The notes under the pieces are model-generated. The model was not told the DNA's origin. It worked only from the letters and a program-made list of their open reading frames with translations, and did not search any database. Below are positions 1 to 11,660 of a stretch of 64,000 nucleotides of DNA, one piece after another. Numbering within the stretch: the first letter of the stretch is position 1; the number at the start of each line of letters is the position of its first letter. This DNA is from a virus (Duplodnaviria; Caudoviricetes), in the IMG/VR virus record IMGVR_UViG_3300013830_000002, positions 1 through 64,000 of that record; one strand, written 5' to 3'. Both the position numbers and the translations under genes were made by a program.

Positions 1-126
1 TGGCAGAACCTGAATGCAAAGAGCTGTAAGCATGGTGAGATTTCTGACAAGGCTGCTGAGTACATTAGAAGCCACCCTCAGAGAAAGACTTTCAACCAAC
101 GTTACAGTACGTTCAAACGTAAGTAA
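1..126 (+). CDS. 3' end of a hypothetical protein (partial)
   Basis: Open frame 1 from the window start to TAA at 124-126. Confidence 0.5.
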   Translation, partial: WQNLNAKSCKHGEISDKAAEYIRSHPQRKTFNQRYSTFKRK

Positions 127-145
127 TGTTTGAAAAAAAAAACAA

Positions 146-180
146 GTGCAGGGAACTGGGTAAAATCCAGTTTTCTGCAC
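146..180 (+). other. Hairpin immediately upstream of the tRNA (processing or termination signal)
   Basis: gtgcagggaactgg-gtaaaat-ccagttttctgcac inverted repeat. Confidence 0.55.
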
Positions 181-185
181 GTTCT

Positions 186-259
186 ATAGGTGTAGTTCAG
201 TTGGTTAGAATACGGCATTTGGGATGCTGTGGTCGCTGGTTCGAGTCCAGTCACCTATA
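186..259 (+). tRNA. tRNA-Pro(TGG)
   Basis: Cloverleaf: acceptor ataggtg/cacctat, D arm, anticodon arm cggca-tt TGG ga-tgctg, T arm gctgg-ttcgagt-ccagt; CCA not encoded. Confidence 0.92.
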
Positions 260-284
260 CAAATGAAAAAAAAAATAAAGCTAA

Positions 285-641
285 ATGGAAGAAGTAAAAA
301 CTCTTAGAATTGCAGTTATAGTAGACATTGGTGAAGATACAATTGTAACATCTGAACCTCTGCAGAATATACATCCTGATGCAGTGCTTGAATGCTGGAG
401 CCCTAACGGTGTAATGACTTTGTTTACTGTCAGGGCATATAACGGATGCATTGTAGAGTATAAGGATGTTATCACTAAGACAGGCATCCTTCCTCCTGTC
501 GGAAGCTTACTTGTAAACAGTACAGACAATACTGACAATGCCTGGTTTGTAAACAGGTATCTTCATGGATATTACAATGATTTGATTAAACAAGTAATGG
601 AAGCATTCGGTATAACTGATTTCAATCTTCCTCACTGCTGA
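285..641 (+). CDS. hypothetical protein
   Basis: 118 aa ORF after an A-rich leader. Confidence 0.7.
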   Translation: MEEVKTLRIAVIVDIGEDTIVTSEPLQNIHPDAVLECWSPNGVMTLFTVRAYNGCIVEYKDVITKTGILPPVGSLLVNSTDNTDNAWFVNRYLHGYYNDLIKQVMEAFGITDFNLPHC

Positions 642-704
642 AGCTGATAAGAAGATAATGCAGTAAGGCAGTGTATAATTAATTATAAAAGTTAAAAAAA
701 AACA

Positions 705-1232
705 ATGGAAAGTAAGTTTTACTTTGGTGGTTTTTACCTACTGGCTGGACTGATAGTAGGTGCTTTAATAGCCACGTTAATCTTTTACAGTCCTGTACAA
801 TCGTCAGTACAGCCTCAGCAACAATCTGTGGAGGTCAAGCATGTTGGCGATAGTGCTGCTGTCAAAAAAGACAGCAGTAAGGTTGCAGTTTTCTCTTCTG
901 TAAGGAGAAGCAATCCTAACAAGGAACTTAATGAGAAAAATCTGTATGCAGAGCTTGTAAAACAAGGGGTCAAGCATCCTAAAATTGTGCTTGCACAAGC
1001 AAAACTTGAAACAGGAAATTTCTCATCTGATGTATGCAAGAGGCGCCATAACCTTTTTGGTCTTAAGCATAGCAATGGTTACTACAGATTCAAACGTTGG
1101 CAGGAGTCGGTTACTGCCTATCGTGACAAAGTGCAATATCGGTACAAAGGTGGTGACTATTTTGCATTCCTTGATAGAATAGGATATGCTGATGAGCCTA
1201 AATACAATGACTATGTCAGGGCTCTGATGTGA
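705..1232 (+). CDS. membrane-anchored glucosaminidase/muramidase (FlgJ/GH73-like)
   Basis: N-terminal TM helix; AQAKLETG, HNLFGLK and GYADEPKY motifs. Confidence 0.85.
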   Translation: MESKFYFGGFYLLAGLIVGALIATLIFYSPVQSSVQPQQQSVEVKHVGDSAAVKKDSSKVAVFSSVRRSNPNKELNEKNLYAELVKQGVKHPKIVLAQAKLETGNFSSDVCKRRHNLFGLKHSNGYYRFKRWQESVTAYRDKVQYRYKGGDYFAFLDRIGYADEPKYNDYVRALM

Positions 1233-1264
1233 TGACAACACAAAAATTAATATAACTTAGGTCT

Positions 1265-1322
1265 AAGGCCCTGTCGATTTTCTTGTTAAAAAGCAAGGAG
1301 ATTGGCAGGGCTTATTTTTTTT
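1265..1322 (+). terminator. intrinsic terminator
   Basis: Long stem gccctgtcgattttcttgtt/agcaaggagattggcagggc followed by a T run. Confidence 0.75.
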
Positions 1323-1374
1323 GTTGTTACTGATAAAGATAAATGAAATAAACATGGATACTTAATTCATTAGT

Positions 1375-1674
1375 ATGAAATCTTCTAAAATCACCAATAT
1401 GACCGATGCTGAAATTGATGCAATGCTCAGTGAAGAAAAACGTAAAATCAATGAGTTATCTGAGCAGATTTGCAGAAATTCAGGAGGAATCAGTGTTCCT
1501 GGACTGCTTGGAATAGTCTTCATTGTGCTGAAGCTCTGTGGAGTAATTAGCTGGCCATGGTGGTGGGTACTTGCTCCTTTCTGGATTCCATTTGTATTGT
1601 TCTTTGGTTTACTTATCATTATCCTTGCATTGTATGCACTTGCATGTTATGCAGGAAAGAAAATCAAGGAATAA
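1375..1674 (+). CDS. small membrane protein
   Basis: LKLCGVISWPWWWVLAPFW, a common phage membrane-protein motif. Confidence 0.75.
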   Translation: MKSSKITNMTDAEIDAMLSEEKRKINELSEQICRNSGGISVPGLLGIVFIVLKLCGVISWPWWWVLAPFWIPFVLFFGLLIIILALYALACYAGKKIKE

Positions 1675-1740
1675 AAGCAATTCCAGAAAAGCTTAACTTT
1701 TTTTGAGTTTAAATGATTCAATTAAAATAACCAACAGATT

Positions 1741-2805
1741 ATGAAAGTCATATCGGTAATTTACACTAATTGTAAATTCAGTGTAGGGGACTCTCTGTAT
1801 AGAGCTGCAAGGTCTATGAAAAACTACTTTTTTGTCACTGATTATGATGGCATAAAAGCAGGTGATTTCATAGTGTCTCCTATGTATGATACCAACATTC
1901 AGGTAGTGAGTGTATTGCTTCAGAAACCTACCGTTAATGGAGCTACAGTGTCCTATGATGGCATTGCACTGAAGCATTTACAGATTAAAAAGCTCAACGG
2001 TAAAGAATTCAACATTAACAACGTTAAAACAGAAAACAAGATGGAAAAGAAATCAATGTTCGATGGTATGTTCGAGAGTTTTAAGGCACAGTTTATTCCT
2101 CAGGAAGAGGTAGGCTTACGTGTTGCCAGTGACTTCAGTATTGTAGTTCCCAACAATGACGGAACCTATACAGGAGTGAAGACAGACGGAACCTTGATAA
2201 GTTATCCTGAGCTTGTGACACTTGACATTCCTGTGCTTTCACTGCTCAAGCCTTTCAATTCAGTTCAGAAAGGGGACATCATCAAGGTAAAGAACACCTA
2301 TTCACTTGTCCTTGAAGTAAAGGATGACAAGACCCTGAAAGTACTTTCCTACAGTGGCTATGTTGCAACAAAGAAGCCAATTACTGACTTTATCATGCAG
2401 ACCAATCTTGTCAGGGTTGTTCTTAACTATGGCAAGCTTTCAGGAGGAAATCCTAGAATGAATCCCATGATGCTTGCCTTTATGAACAGCAAAGAGCATG
2501 AAGGAGAGTCAGGAAGCATGGAGGGATTTATGTTTGCCATGATGATGCAACAGCAAATGCTGATGCAGCAAAAAGGTCAAACTCAGCAACAGGCTTCTGG
2601 TATGATGAACCCGTTTGCAGGGATGAACCCTATGATGCTGGCATTTATGGCTGACAAAAAAGACGGGGGAATCAACATGAAGGATATGCTGATGTATTCA
2701 ATGTTCTGTGGTGGTTTTCCTGGAATGCAGATGATGGATTCTGCTGCACAGGTAAATCCTGCTCCTGCACAAGCAGACAATAATCCAGCTGATGCAGAGG
2801 ATTAA
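1741..2805 (+). CDS. hypothetical protein with Met/Gln-rich C-terminus
   Basis: 354 aa ORF; MNPMMLAFM occurs twice. Confidence 0.8.
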   Translation: MKVISVIYTNCKFSVGDSLYRAARSMKNYFFVTDYDGIKAGDFIVSPMYDTNIQVVSVLLQKPTVNGATVSYDGIALKHLQIKKLNGKEFNINNVKTENKMEKKSMFDGMFESFKAQFIPQEEVGLRVASDFSIVVPNNDGTYTGVKTDGTLISYPELVTLDIPVLSLLKPFNSVQKGDIIKVKNTYSLVLEVKDDKTLKVLSYSGYVATKKPITDFIMQTNLVRVVLNYGKLSGGNPRMNPMMLAFMNSKEHEGESGSMEGFMFAMMMQQQMLMQQKGQTQQQASGMMNPFAGMNPMMLAFMADKKDGGINMKDMLMYSMFCGGFPGMQMMDSAAQVNPAPAQADNNPADAED

Positions 2806-3607
2806 GGAACCAGTACTTTTCTGTGGTGACATTCATGGTCATTTTGATTGGGTTGCCCAATATATTATGAAGAATGATATTAATCATTGCTCCATGATTA
2901 TCTGTGGTGATATAGGCTTAGGCTTTAGCCCAATCAAAAAACAGGTTCAGGAAATGAAGAAATGTGGCTTGGCAGACTGTCTCAAAAGACAGTCTGTTCA
3001 GCTGTATTTAGTCAGAGGAAACCATGATGACCCTTCACTGTTTAACGGAAGGACTCTGATTGAAAGATGTGTCTTCACTGTAAAGGACTATACAGTCCTG
3101 AAATCCGAGCACCACAACATCCTTTGTGTTGGCGGTGGTGTTTCTATGGACAGGATTTGCAGGCAGGCTGACCTTGACGAACAGATTCTTTCATGGCTTG
3201 AGACACACCCAGAAAGTACAAGAACAAAGGCAATGAAACATTGCAGCATAGAATGGTGGCCTGATGAATATCCAGTATTCAATCAGGAAGCAATTGACAG
3301 CCTTGACTGCAAAGTGGACATTGTCTGCTCACATACAGCACCTGAAGTATTTTTGCCTGCTCCCCTTGAAAGTAGTAACTGGTTCAAAAATGACAGTGCC
3401 CTTAAAAATGACTTGATTAGGGAAAGACATACAATGCAGCAGGTTCTGGACAGGCTTATTCTGAAAAAACATCCGATAACCAAGTGGTTTTTCGGGCATT
3501 TTCACAGATACATATCAGTCAGCTATAATAATCTGCATTATGCACTTGATTATTGCTGTCTTGATAGGGCAAGAGATGGTAATTTATGTATTAAGGAGTT
3601 ATTCTAA
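2792..3607 (+). CDS. calcineurin-like metallophosphoesterase
   Basis: GDIHG, CGD, RGNHD, SHT and FGHFH motifs. Confidence 0.9.
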   Translation: MQRIKEPVLFCGDIHGHFDWVAQYIMKNDINHCSMIICGDIGLGFSPIKKQVQEMKKCGLADCLKRQSVQLYLVRGNHDDPSLFNGRTLIERCVFTVKDYTVLKSEHHNILCVGGGVSMDRICRQADLDEQILSWLETHPESTRTKAMKHCSIEWWPDEYPVFNQEAIDSLDCKVDIVCSHTAPEVFLPAPLESSNWFKNDSALKNDLIRERHTMQQVLDRLILKKHPITKWFFGHFHRYISVSYNNLHYALDYCCLDRARDGNLCIKELF

Positions 3608-3919
3608 ATGGAAAAATTGAAACTTGAGAAAAAAGACGTTCCAAAGACTCTGGAAGATTTCGTTGTTAATTTGATTTACAAGACTGACCAAGCTTTTACA
3701 AATGCAAAGAAAGTTCACATGCTGAAATCCAACCCACTTGTTGCATTATGGAGAGATGGTCAACTTACACCTGATTTTCTTGCCAAGGAAATAGAGCTTA
3801 TAAGTAAAAAACAAAGCTCACTTCCAGCAGGAAAAAGAGCAGCTGTTGTTGCCTTTATGAAAGAGGCAATGGCAGAATTTGACAAGATGAACAACGAAAA
3901 CGCTAAAAAGGCAAGTTAA
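3608..3919 (+). CDS. hypothetical protein
   Basis: 103 aa ORF coupled to the upstream stop. Confidence 0.75.
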   Translation: MEKLKLEKKDVPKTLEDFVVNLIYKTDQAFTNAKKVHMLKSNPLVALWRDGQLTPDFLAKEIELISKKQSSLPAGKRAAVVAFMKEAMAEFDKMNNENAKKAS

Positions 3920-3920
3920 A

Positions 3921-4118
3921 ATGGCAAAGCACTATTATGTAATTTGTAAAAAGAAACTGTTTGGGGTGCAGCCTGTAAAGGTTATGACTAATTAGCTGAC
4001 AGCACAGAAATTCTGCAACGAAAACAAAGGTCATATCATTCTTCATCAGAAAGGAGAAGAGAACCTTGAGAAAATGCCTCTTGTCAGTGATGTCCAGACC
4101 CCTGAAACTGAAGCATAA
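3921..4118 (+). CDS. hypothetical protein (1 in-frame TAG)
   Basis: ATG 3921 to TAA 4118 fills the intergenic gap when TAG is read through. Confidence 0.6.
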
Positions 4119-4121
4119 TAC

Positions 4122-4826
4122 ATGAGTGGCATTGAACTGAAGATTACATTAGCAGATGTTGAAGACTGCAAGGACAAACTTGAAGAAGAATCCGATGAAA
4201 ACCCTCATCTTGTTCCTTGGGAAGTATTTACTGTAAAGGAAATGTTCATTATCGGTATGCATACCCGAAAATGGGCAAAGGATATTTTCGTGGCCTACTC
4301 AATAAGAAGGGTGCAAAGGCACATTGTCGAGGAAACTGCTGACGTATGGAATCAGGCAGTGTTTTGGTCTAAGCAGTTTATTTCTGAAAAGGGGGAAGAC
4401 AAAGCAGAAGCTATTGAAGGAGCAGCCTATATTCTCAACAATATGATACTGGAGCCAAAAGACAGTAAGAAACTATGGCTTCTTGCATTCAGGCTTGGTT
4501 ATAATTACAGTACTCAAATTGGTGATGATAATTATGACTGGACTGACATGCTTATGTACTGCAGGTGCAGTAATGATGACTTATGGATAGGCAGGGTTAA
4601 AAGTTATGATGGATGCTGTGTTATTTTAACAGAAGCACATCTTCTTAAATCTGATAACCCTGTACTTGATGGAAAAGTTCCATCAAAAACAGTCTATTAT
4701 GTCATGTTGAACAATGTTGATGAAATGAGGCCTCTTACAACAACTGATTTGAAAAAGTTTCAGGGCAGATACCATATAAATCATTATGGTAGTGCAAAGC
4801 CCATGATAACTCAAAAGATTTAGTAA
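4122..4826 (+). CDS. hypothetical protein
   Basis: ORF ends TAG-TAA; true stop is TAA under code 15. Confidence 0.75.
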
Positions 4827-4845
4827 TTTTTAATCGATTTACAAA

Positions 4846-5547
4846 ATGGAGAATAACGTAGTTTATAAGACTGGCAGTTTTACTGATTATTTGAACAAGG
4901 AGCACAAGTTTGTGGTTTGTGCCGTGCTTGTCAAGCACAAGGATGAGCTTGTTATTGGTAACAAGGTTCTTGTTCCCGATGAATATCTTAAACCTGAACA
5001 GAAGGGTAAGAAAGTTACTGCATTTATTCCTGTCAGGGAATTTGATGATGACGGACACCTTGCTGCTTCAATTTTTATCGGAATCAGTGTATGCAGTCCA
5101 AGAGATAAATTTGACGAGGAACTTGGCAAGAAAATTGCCTATGGAAAAGCTTTGTCCAAGAGAAGTATGCAACGCTGGATTGCTTCAAATCTTGTCGGTT
5201 TGCTTTCATCTGAAGCATTGCTGCAGTTAATTGCTGACAATGAAGTTGCATATATCCAGACAAATCCTGGTGCAGTAATCAAGGGTTATGCAGCTGCAGA
5301 ACAGAAATATAATCTTAAGAATACTGCAGTAAGTGAATACCGCAAGCTTACTGACGAGCAGAAGCAGGTGGTAAATGCTGCTATGAATGGTGAGGATATT
5401 CGTGGCCTTGCAGGTCTTGGATACTTTATGAAGGACAACAACCTTGACCATGCCCTCCCTGCTGATAGTGATGCTAACTATCGTGATGGAGAAGCAATTC
5501 CCATGGACGGTGAGCAAAACGGTGAGCAAAAGGGCACTGCAGCATAA
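4846..5547 (+). CDS. hypothetical protein with Gp49/66-like motif
   Basis: GISVCSPRDKFDEELGKKIA. Confidence 0.7.
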   Translation: MENNVVYKTGSFTDYLNKEHKFVVCAVLVKHKDELVIGNKVLVPDEYLKPEQKGKKVTAFIPVREFDDDGHLAASIFIGISVCSPRDKFDEELGKKIAYGKALSKRSMQRWIASNLVGLLSSEALLQLIADNEVAYIQTNPGAVIKGYAAAEQKYNLKNTAVSEYRKLTDEQKQVVNAAMNGEDIRGLAGLGYFMKDNNLDHALPADSDANYRDGEAIPMDGEQNGEQKGTAA

Positions 5548-5861
5548 TGGCTAAGGAGCTTACTTTCAAAGGAAGATTAGTTGCTAAAAATTAGGACACA
5601 TTTGGTTATATAACCTACGTATTTCTTAATCTGGAGCCAGAAACTCCAGATTAGAAGTATGTAATGTGTGTGCAATTTCCTAATTGGAGTCAGGCAACTA
5701 TTAATTTATATGATGAAGGGTTTGTCCGTGTAAGGTATGTTGTTGCAGGAAAGGACACATGGTTTGATGGAGTATCATATACTCCATATAAGAATACTGA
5801 TGTTCATTTCCTGAAATTTATTCCTGTCAAGGATGACCCAGAAGTAGAACTGACTATATAA
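5547..5861 (+). CDS. hypothetical protein (2 in-frame TAG)
   Basis: TAATG-coupled start at 5547 is in frame with the 5664 ORF. Confidence 0.75.
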
Positions 5862-5901
5862 TTTAGATTATGACACTATTATTTTTAACAGAAACATAAA
5901 G

Positions 5902-6738
5902 ATGGCAGAGAATAAACAGGAACTGCTATATAGCTATATTTGGAAAGGGCCTAAAACAGCTGAGGGGGAGCAATCTGAAATAAGGCTGATGGATTGTGAC
6001 TTTGACCAGCTTCAAAGATATTATCAGCACTGTCAGCAAATGCTTTATAATGACAGTCCAAAAATAAGAGGAAGACTCACTCTTATCAAGGATACTGAAA
6101 AGCAGATACAGAACTGCAGGGCTGAGCTTCTTGTAAGATGGTTAAGGCTCAATAAACATTATACCTATCAGGATTGCTATGATGACATCAGAGCCTTAAT
6201 TGCAAAGAACAAGGATACTCTGACTCAGGAAGTAGTTGAAACATATCCAATCAGTAATATTATGGCAGATATTCCTGATGATTATAAAAGAGTTCCTATC
6301 GGAGCCGTGCTTAAGGCAAGTATGTATGCCTTAGGAGTTCTGGATGTAAGTCATATTACCCTTAATTTCCTGATTAAGCTTGGAATATATCTTACTGCAA
6401 AGGAGATGCAGCAGGATTTATTTGAACGTGACCCCGATACTGGAAAAGCAAGAAACAGGATGGAAATTATCAAGCAACGTGAGAATCTTAATCCATCCAT
6501 TCGTCTTGAGTGCAAGCCAGATGGTCTTAGCTATGCTGAGTTTCATCAGATGTGCAGGCTCAAGACAGATAAGTATGAGCATTTTACAAGTGCCCAACTT
6601 GAGATTTTATCAAAGAAAGTATTATACAGATTCCAGCTCAGATGTGAAGAGCAGGCAAAAAGATGGCAGGAAATTTCTGACCAGATTCTTGAGGTTGCAG
6701 AATATAAGGGCTGGGATGTAACTCGTGAAATACAATAA
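5902..6738 (+). CDS. hypothetical protein
   Basis: 278 aa ORF. Confidence 0.8.
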   Translation: MAENKQELLYSYIWKGPKTAEGEQSEIRLMDCDFDQLQRYYQHCQQMLYNDSPKIRGRLTLIKDTEKQIQNCRAELLVRWLRLNKHYTYQDCYDDIRALIAKNKDTLTQEVVETYPISNIMADIPDDYKRVPIGAVLKASMYALGVLDVSHITLNFLIKLGIYLTAKEMQQDLFERDPDTGKARNRMEIIKQRENLNPSIRLECKPDGLSYAEFHQMCRLKTDKYEHFTSAQLEILSKKVLYRFQLRCEEQAKRWQEISDQILEVAEYKGWDVTREIQ

Positions 6739-8009
6739 TGCAAACACCTGTCAAATAGCTTACAAGAGACGAAAGGCAAGCTGTTTGTGTTGAAAAATGG
6801 AAGCAAAGCAACGGTCATTCTACTATAGTGGGAGCTACCGGATTTGGTAAGACAAGAGTTGCACTGCAAATCATCAAATGGCTGCAATCATTGCATCCAG
6901 AAATTACAATCATTGTCGTAGTACCTACCACAGGATTACAGGAGCAATGGATTGAAGAGCTTGATGAATTTGGCTGTAGCAGAGAGCATGTTGAAGTTTA
7001 TGTTATCAATTCTGTAATAAAAAATACTCATACATGCAATCTTCTTATTCTTGATGAGTGTCACAGGTATGCCAGTGCCGATTTCAAGAAAGTTTTTGAC
7101 ATGGTGACATATAACATGATTCTTTGCCTTACTGCCACATTTGAGAGACTTGATGGTAAGGAAAAACTGATTGCCAAATATGCTCCAGTGGTTGATAAGG
7201 TTTCGATTCAGGAATGCCTTGCAAATAAATGGGTATCCAACTATAAGGAATATGTAGTGGTTATAGAGCCTGATGACCTTGATGAATATGACAAGCTTAC
7301 AGCTGAGTTCATGACTCACTTTGAATTCTTTGATTATGACTTTGGCACTGCCATGTCTATGGTAGGAAAAAATGGCTGGAAAAACCGATATAATTATGCT
7401 AAGGAAATATGCCAGAATTCTGCTTTGGTCCAGGATACCTTTAAAACGGTCACTATTCATGCTATGGGTTTAATGAGAGCAATGCAAGCAAGAAAGAAAT
7501 ATATCTCCAGCCATCCTGAAAAACTTAGGGTTGCTGAAGAAATAATTGCCCATAGACCAAATTCAAAAATCATCACTTTCTGTGCAACGGTAGCTATGGC
7601 TGAGCAAATCCAAGAAGGATATGTCTACACAGGAAAGGACTCCAAGAAAGGGAATCGTGTCACCCTTAATGAGTTCAGTAAAATGAAATCAGGAGTTCTT
7701 AATACTGTCAAAAAGGCCAATGAAGGAATAAATCTTCCTGACCTTGATGTAGGCATTATGCTTGGAGTTGACTCATCAAAGATAAAACATGCTCAGACAA
7801 GAGGCCGTGTAGTAAGGTATCAGGAAGGAAAGAATGCTGAGTATTTTACACTCATTCTGAAAGATACTGTAGAGGTTGAATGGTGGAGAAGGTCACAAGG
7901 AAAGGATTCCTGTGAGGTAATTGACGAGGATAATCTTATGCATGTCCTGAATCATGAGCCTTATGAAACTTACAAAGAACCACTTAAACAGTTTGTCTCA
8001 AACGCATAA
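6738..8009 (+). CDS. superfamily 2 (DEAD/DEAH-like) helicase, TAG at codon 7
   Basis: TAATG-coupled start; ATGFGKT, DECH, LTAT and QTRGRVVR motifs. Confidence 0.9.
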
Positions 8010-8114
8010 AACTCATATATAATTGAGTACTTAACAGATTTATTTTAAAAGCAGGAACAATATCCTGTCTACTAAACTCAGATTAAAGAACATCAATCTT
8101 TAACAGAGTATAAA

Positions 8115-8723
8115 ATGCACACAGACATGCAACTTGAAGAGTAGCTCGCATTCATGGAGAAATATGGAATAACACCTAATGAACTGCTGCTCGTTAAAAT
8201 GATTTTTATATGCAAGGATAACTCCAATGGTAAGGAGTTTATCAAGAGATATTTTAGTCTCCCAGAGAATGTAAGGGAAAGTGCTGTTGACTTACTTACT
8301 TCTTTGTAGAATAAAGGTGTTATCACTAAAGAATATAAAATCCCAGAAAAGGGAGGAAAATTCGTTCCGTATGATGTAATATTCAATAAGAATTTTGAGA
8401 AGCAATTTTTCAGAAGCTCTTTTGATATGGGTAAGGAACTTTTTGACCATTATCCACTCAGTACAATAGTCAACGGTTCTGAGTTCAAACTAAGAAGGGT
8501 TTCAAAGAAATTCAACTCTCTTGAGGATGCTTTCTGGCATTATGGAAAATACATCAACTGGAATGAAGAGAAACATAAGAAAATCCTGCAACTTGTTGAT
8601 GCAGGTAAGGTATCTGGCTATCAATTCAGTACCCTTGACTCATTTATTGTAGATAATGACTGGATAAATCTTGAGGCTCTCAATGATAAAGGTCAGCTTA
8701 TTTCCAACATGAAAATGCTCTAA
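8115..8723 (+). CDS. putative replication-associated protein upstream of dnaB (2 in-frame TAG)
   Basis: ATG 8115 is in frame with the 8427 ORF; wHTH-like L(TAG)NKGVI. Confidence 0.7.
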
Positions 8724-8725
8724 TT

Positions 8726-11139
8726 ATGTCTTTTGGTGAATTCAAAATGCAAAATGAAAGTAATACTCAGCAACCAAGCATGTTTGAGCAGATTATGACG
8801 GAAGTAAGAAGAGGCATGGAGCATAAGAATCAGGGAACTTCAATGGGATTACCTAAACTTGAAGGAGTTATTGATGGTGTTACCAAGAGTAATTATACTT
8901 TGATTGTAAGTAACTCTGGTTCTGGTAAAACATCCTTAGCTCTTTATTCGATGGTTTATCGTCCTTTGATGGAGCATTTGCATGATGATAATTTCAAGGT
9001 ACTTTATGTATCTCTTGAAATGTCAGCAATGTCAATGTTTATTAAGCTTATGTCTATCTACATTTTTGAGAAATTCGGAAAGAAACTTTCTTATAAGGAA
9101 ATTCTGTCAAGAAAGAAAGGATATGTTCTGGATGAAGAAGGATATAAGATGGTTCAGCAATGCAAGGAATTTGTTGAAGCAGTAGAGAATAAAATTGAGT
9201 TTTATGACAAGAATGTCAATGCTAGTTCTCTTTATGCAATTCTTTGTGACCGTCTTGAGAAAATGGGTACCTTTACTGTAACGGAAACTCGTAAACTATA
9301 TACACCAAATAATCCTGATTTGTTGTATTTAGTTGTTATTGACCATATAGCTTTGGTACGACCACAAAATGGCCATACTTTAAAGCAAGAAATAGATTTA
9401 ACTTCAAGTTATTTAGTAACCCTCAGGGAAATGTGTGGAATATCTCCTGTTGTGATTCAGCAAACCAACAGGGATAATGGTAATATTGAGAGGTATAAAG
9501 CAGGGAAGTCTGCGTTCACTTTGAATGATGCCAAAGATTCAGGGAATACTAAAAAAACAGTCACATTTTATATAAATAAAGTCACTAGATATAAAAATAT
9601 CCGTTATTTTTAGTTTGGTTTTTAATAAAAATAGTTATTATTGTAGTAGATAATTCTATTAATTAAAATCACACTAAAATGAAAAAACAAGAAGGAATTT
9701 ATGGAAGTATAAGAGTTAATAGAACTAAGTATATAGCTAAATATTAGGAACTTTATAATTTAGGACTAAATGACTCAAAAATAGCCAGAATATTAAAAGT
9801 AAGCTATGTAACAACTAGGGCTTGGAGAATAAAATTAAAGTTACCAAAATTGTTTGAATATGGGAGAAGCTTTGACGTGACTAAATTCAAAAGGCTATAT
9901 GATAAAGGTTATAACTATAGTCAAATTGCCAAACAGCTTGGAATATCAGATTCAACTGCACAGGAATACGGGGCAAGTCACGGTATGAAAGCAAGACCTA
10001 AATTTTATAACGACAAACCACTAAACGATACTGAGTTTTAGGTTTTCTTAGGTACAGTTCTTGGAGATGCTTACCTTGGTAAGAGTAAAACATTAAATAG
10101 TGCTTTTTGTTCATTTAACCATAGTCTAAAATAGCAAAATTATTGTCTATGGAAGTATGAACAATTAAAGAGATTCTGTCCAAGAGGTCCTGTATTTTTA
10201 GAAATATATGATAAGAGAACCAAAAATACTTATTACCAAGTATCTGTTAAAACAAAAGTAACTCCAGCTTTTGGTGTTTATTATAATAGCTTTTACAAAG
10301 ACAAAAAGAAATACATTGATGAGTCTTTATTTTCAAAAATAGAAGCTCTTGGGCTGGCAGTATGGTTTATGGATGACGGGTGTAAGACTTCCTATTCGTA
10401 CAGCATAGCTACAAATTGCTTTACCGATAATGATTTGAAAATTATTACGAGAGTTCTAAAGAGCAAATTTGATTTAGACTTTACTATATGTAAAAGCCAT
10501 ATTTTATATCTTCATGCTGCATGTAAAGAAAGATTTGAAAAAATTATAACTCCGTATATTCATAATGATTGTTTATATAAAATGCACAATGGTATTCGTA
10601 AAACTCCGCTAAACAGGGTAAATCCAGGTGAGGAAGTTCCTGTGCTAAACCCTTTGGAAACAGAGGAAAAAGCTAAACGACTAACTGTGATGCCTAACGA
10701 GAAAGACGAGGCTATAAAAACAGACACGAAAACGGGGCACTGCATTGAGTAAAACTTGTGAAAGTTTGAAATTTGTCAAAGATATAGTCTGAACTGTACA
10801 TATACATAAAGGTACAGAAGTCAAGGATAAAGAGCCTTGGATATAACAATTTGTGTAAATGACTGCAATCAAATGCTGGCAGTATTTGACCCTTTTAAAG
10901 AGGGCTTAAAGACATATAGAGGATATGATATTGAAGAACTTGGAGAAAGGTTCAGGGTTATTATGGTTTTGAAAAATAGGTTTGGTGAGTCTAATGTAGA
11001 AGTAGGTGTCAATTTCTTTGGAGAAATCAACTATTTCATGGAACTTCCCACTCCTGACAAAATCTCTGACTATTCAAAATATCAGCAACCAGATTATATT
11101 ACACAATTACTTAACACCACACTGCACATTCCTGTATGA
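8726..11139 (+). CDS. dnaB: DnaB-like replicative helicase, split by a group I intron (exons about 8726-9549 and 10854-11139)
   Basis: SGSGKT, VSLEM, VIDH, QQTNR; the joined sequence reads DSGNT-VNDCNQMLAVF...LKNRFG. Confidence 0.88.
9550..10853 (+). mobile_element. group I intron in dnaB
   Basis: R-like ctaaacgacta, S-like aagatatagtc, 3' tail gataaagagcc...aacaatttG like the other introns; boundary uncertain by 1-2 nt. Confidence 0.85.
9679..10752 (+). CDS. intron-encoded HTH + LAGLIDADG homing endonuclease (3 TAG)
   Basis: Track fragments join into one frame; FLGTVLGDA and LAVWFMDDG. Confidence 0.85.
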
Positions 11140-11660
11140 AAAAGAATAAAGATACAAGTCTGATTGTTACAAATCTTAAGACCTCTGAAGCACAGGTTTT
11201 TCCTACTGTTCAATAGGCAGCTAAGGAACTTAACCTGACAGAGAGGTCTTTGATAATCAGAGCTACTAAAGAATCTGTCATAAAGAATATTAAGTATCAA
11301 TGGCAGAACCCTTCAACAAGAAGGTCCTATCTAGGCAGAAAATCCAGAAGAAAAGGGAACCACTGGGAACTCGAAATCATAAATGCTTTAAAAGAAGCAG
11401 GATATGATGGATGTGTTTCTTCAAGAAGTGAATCCAAGCGAATGGATGATGCAAAGATAGATATTGTAGATACAAAAAATGAACTTCCATGTTATATTCA
11501 GGCAAAGAATACAAGGTCACTTCCTAACTATCATAAGATTGAACAATCTTGTCCAAGGAAAGACAAGCCTTTTGTCATTGCCTGCAAGCAGGAGGGAAAG
11601 CATCCACCAATAGTAATGATGCCAATAGATTTTTTCTATAGTTTAATCAATAAAAAGTGA
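11136..11660 (+). CDS. Holliday junction resolvase-like PD-(D/E)XK nuclease with N-terminal NUMOD1/HTH (1 TAG)
   Basis: RRKGNHWE, KIDIV, IQAK; N-terminal FPTVQ(Q)AAKELNL. Confidence 0.75.
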
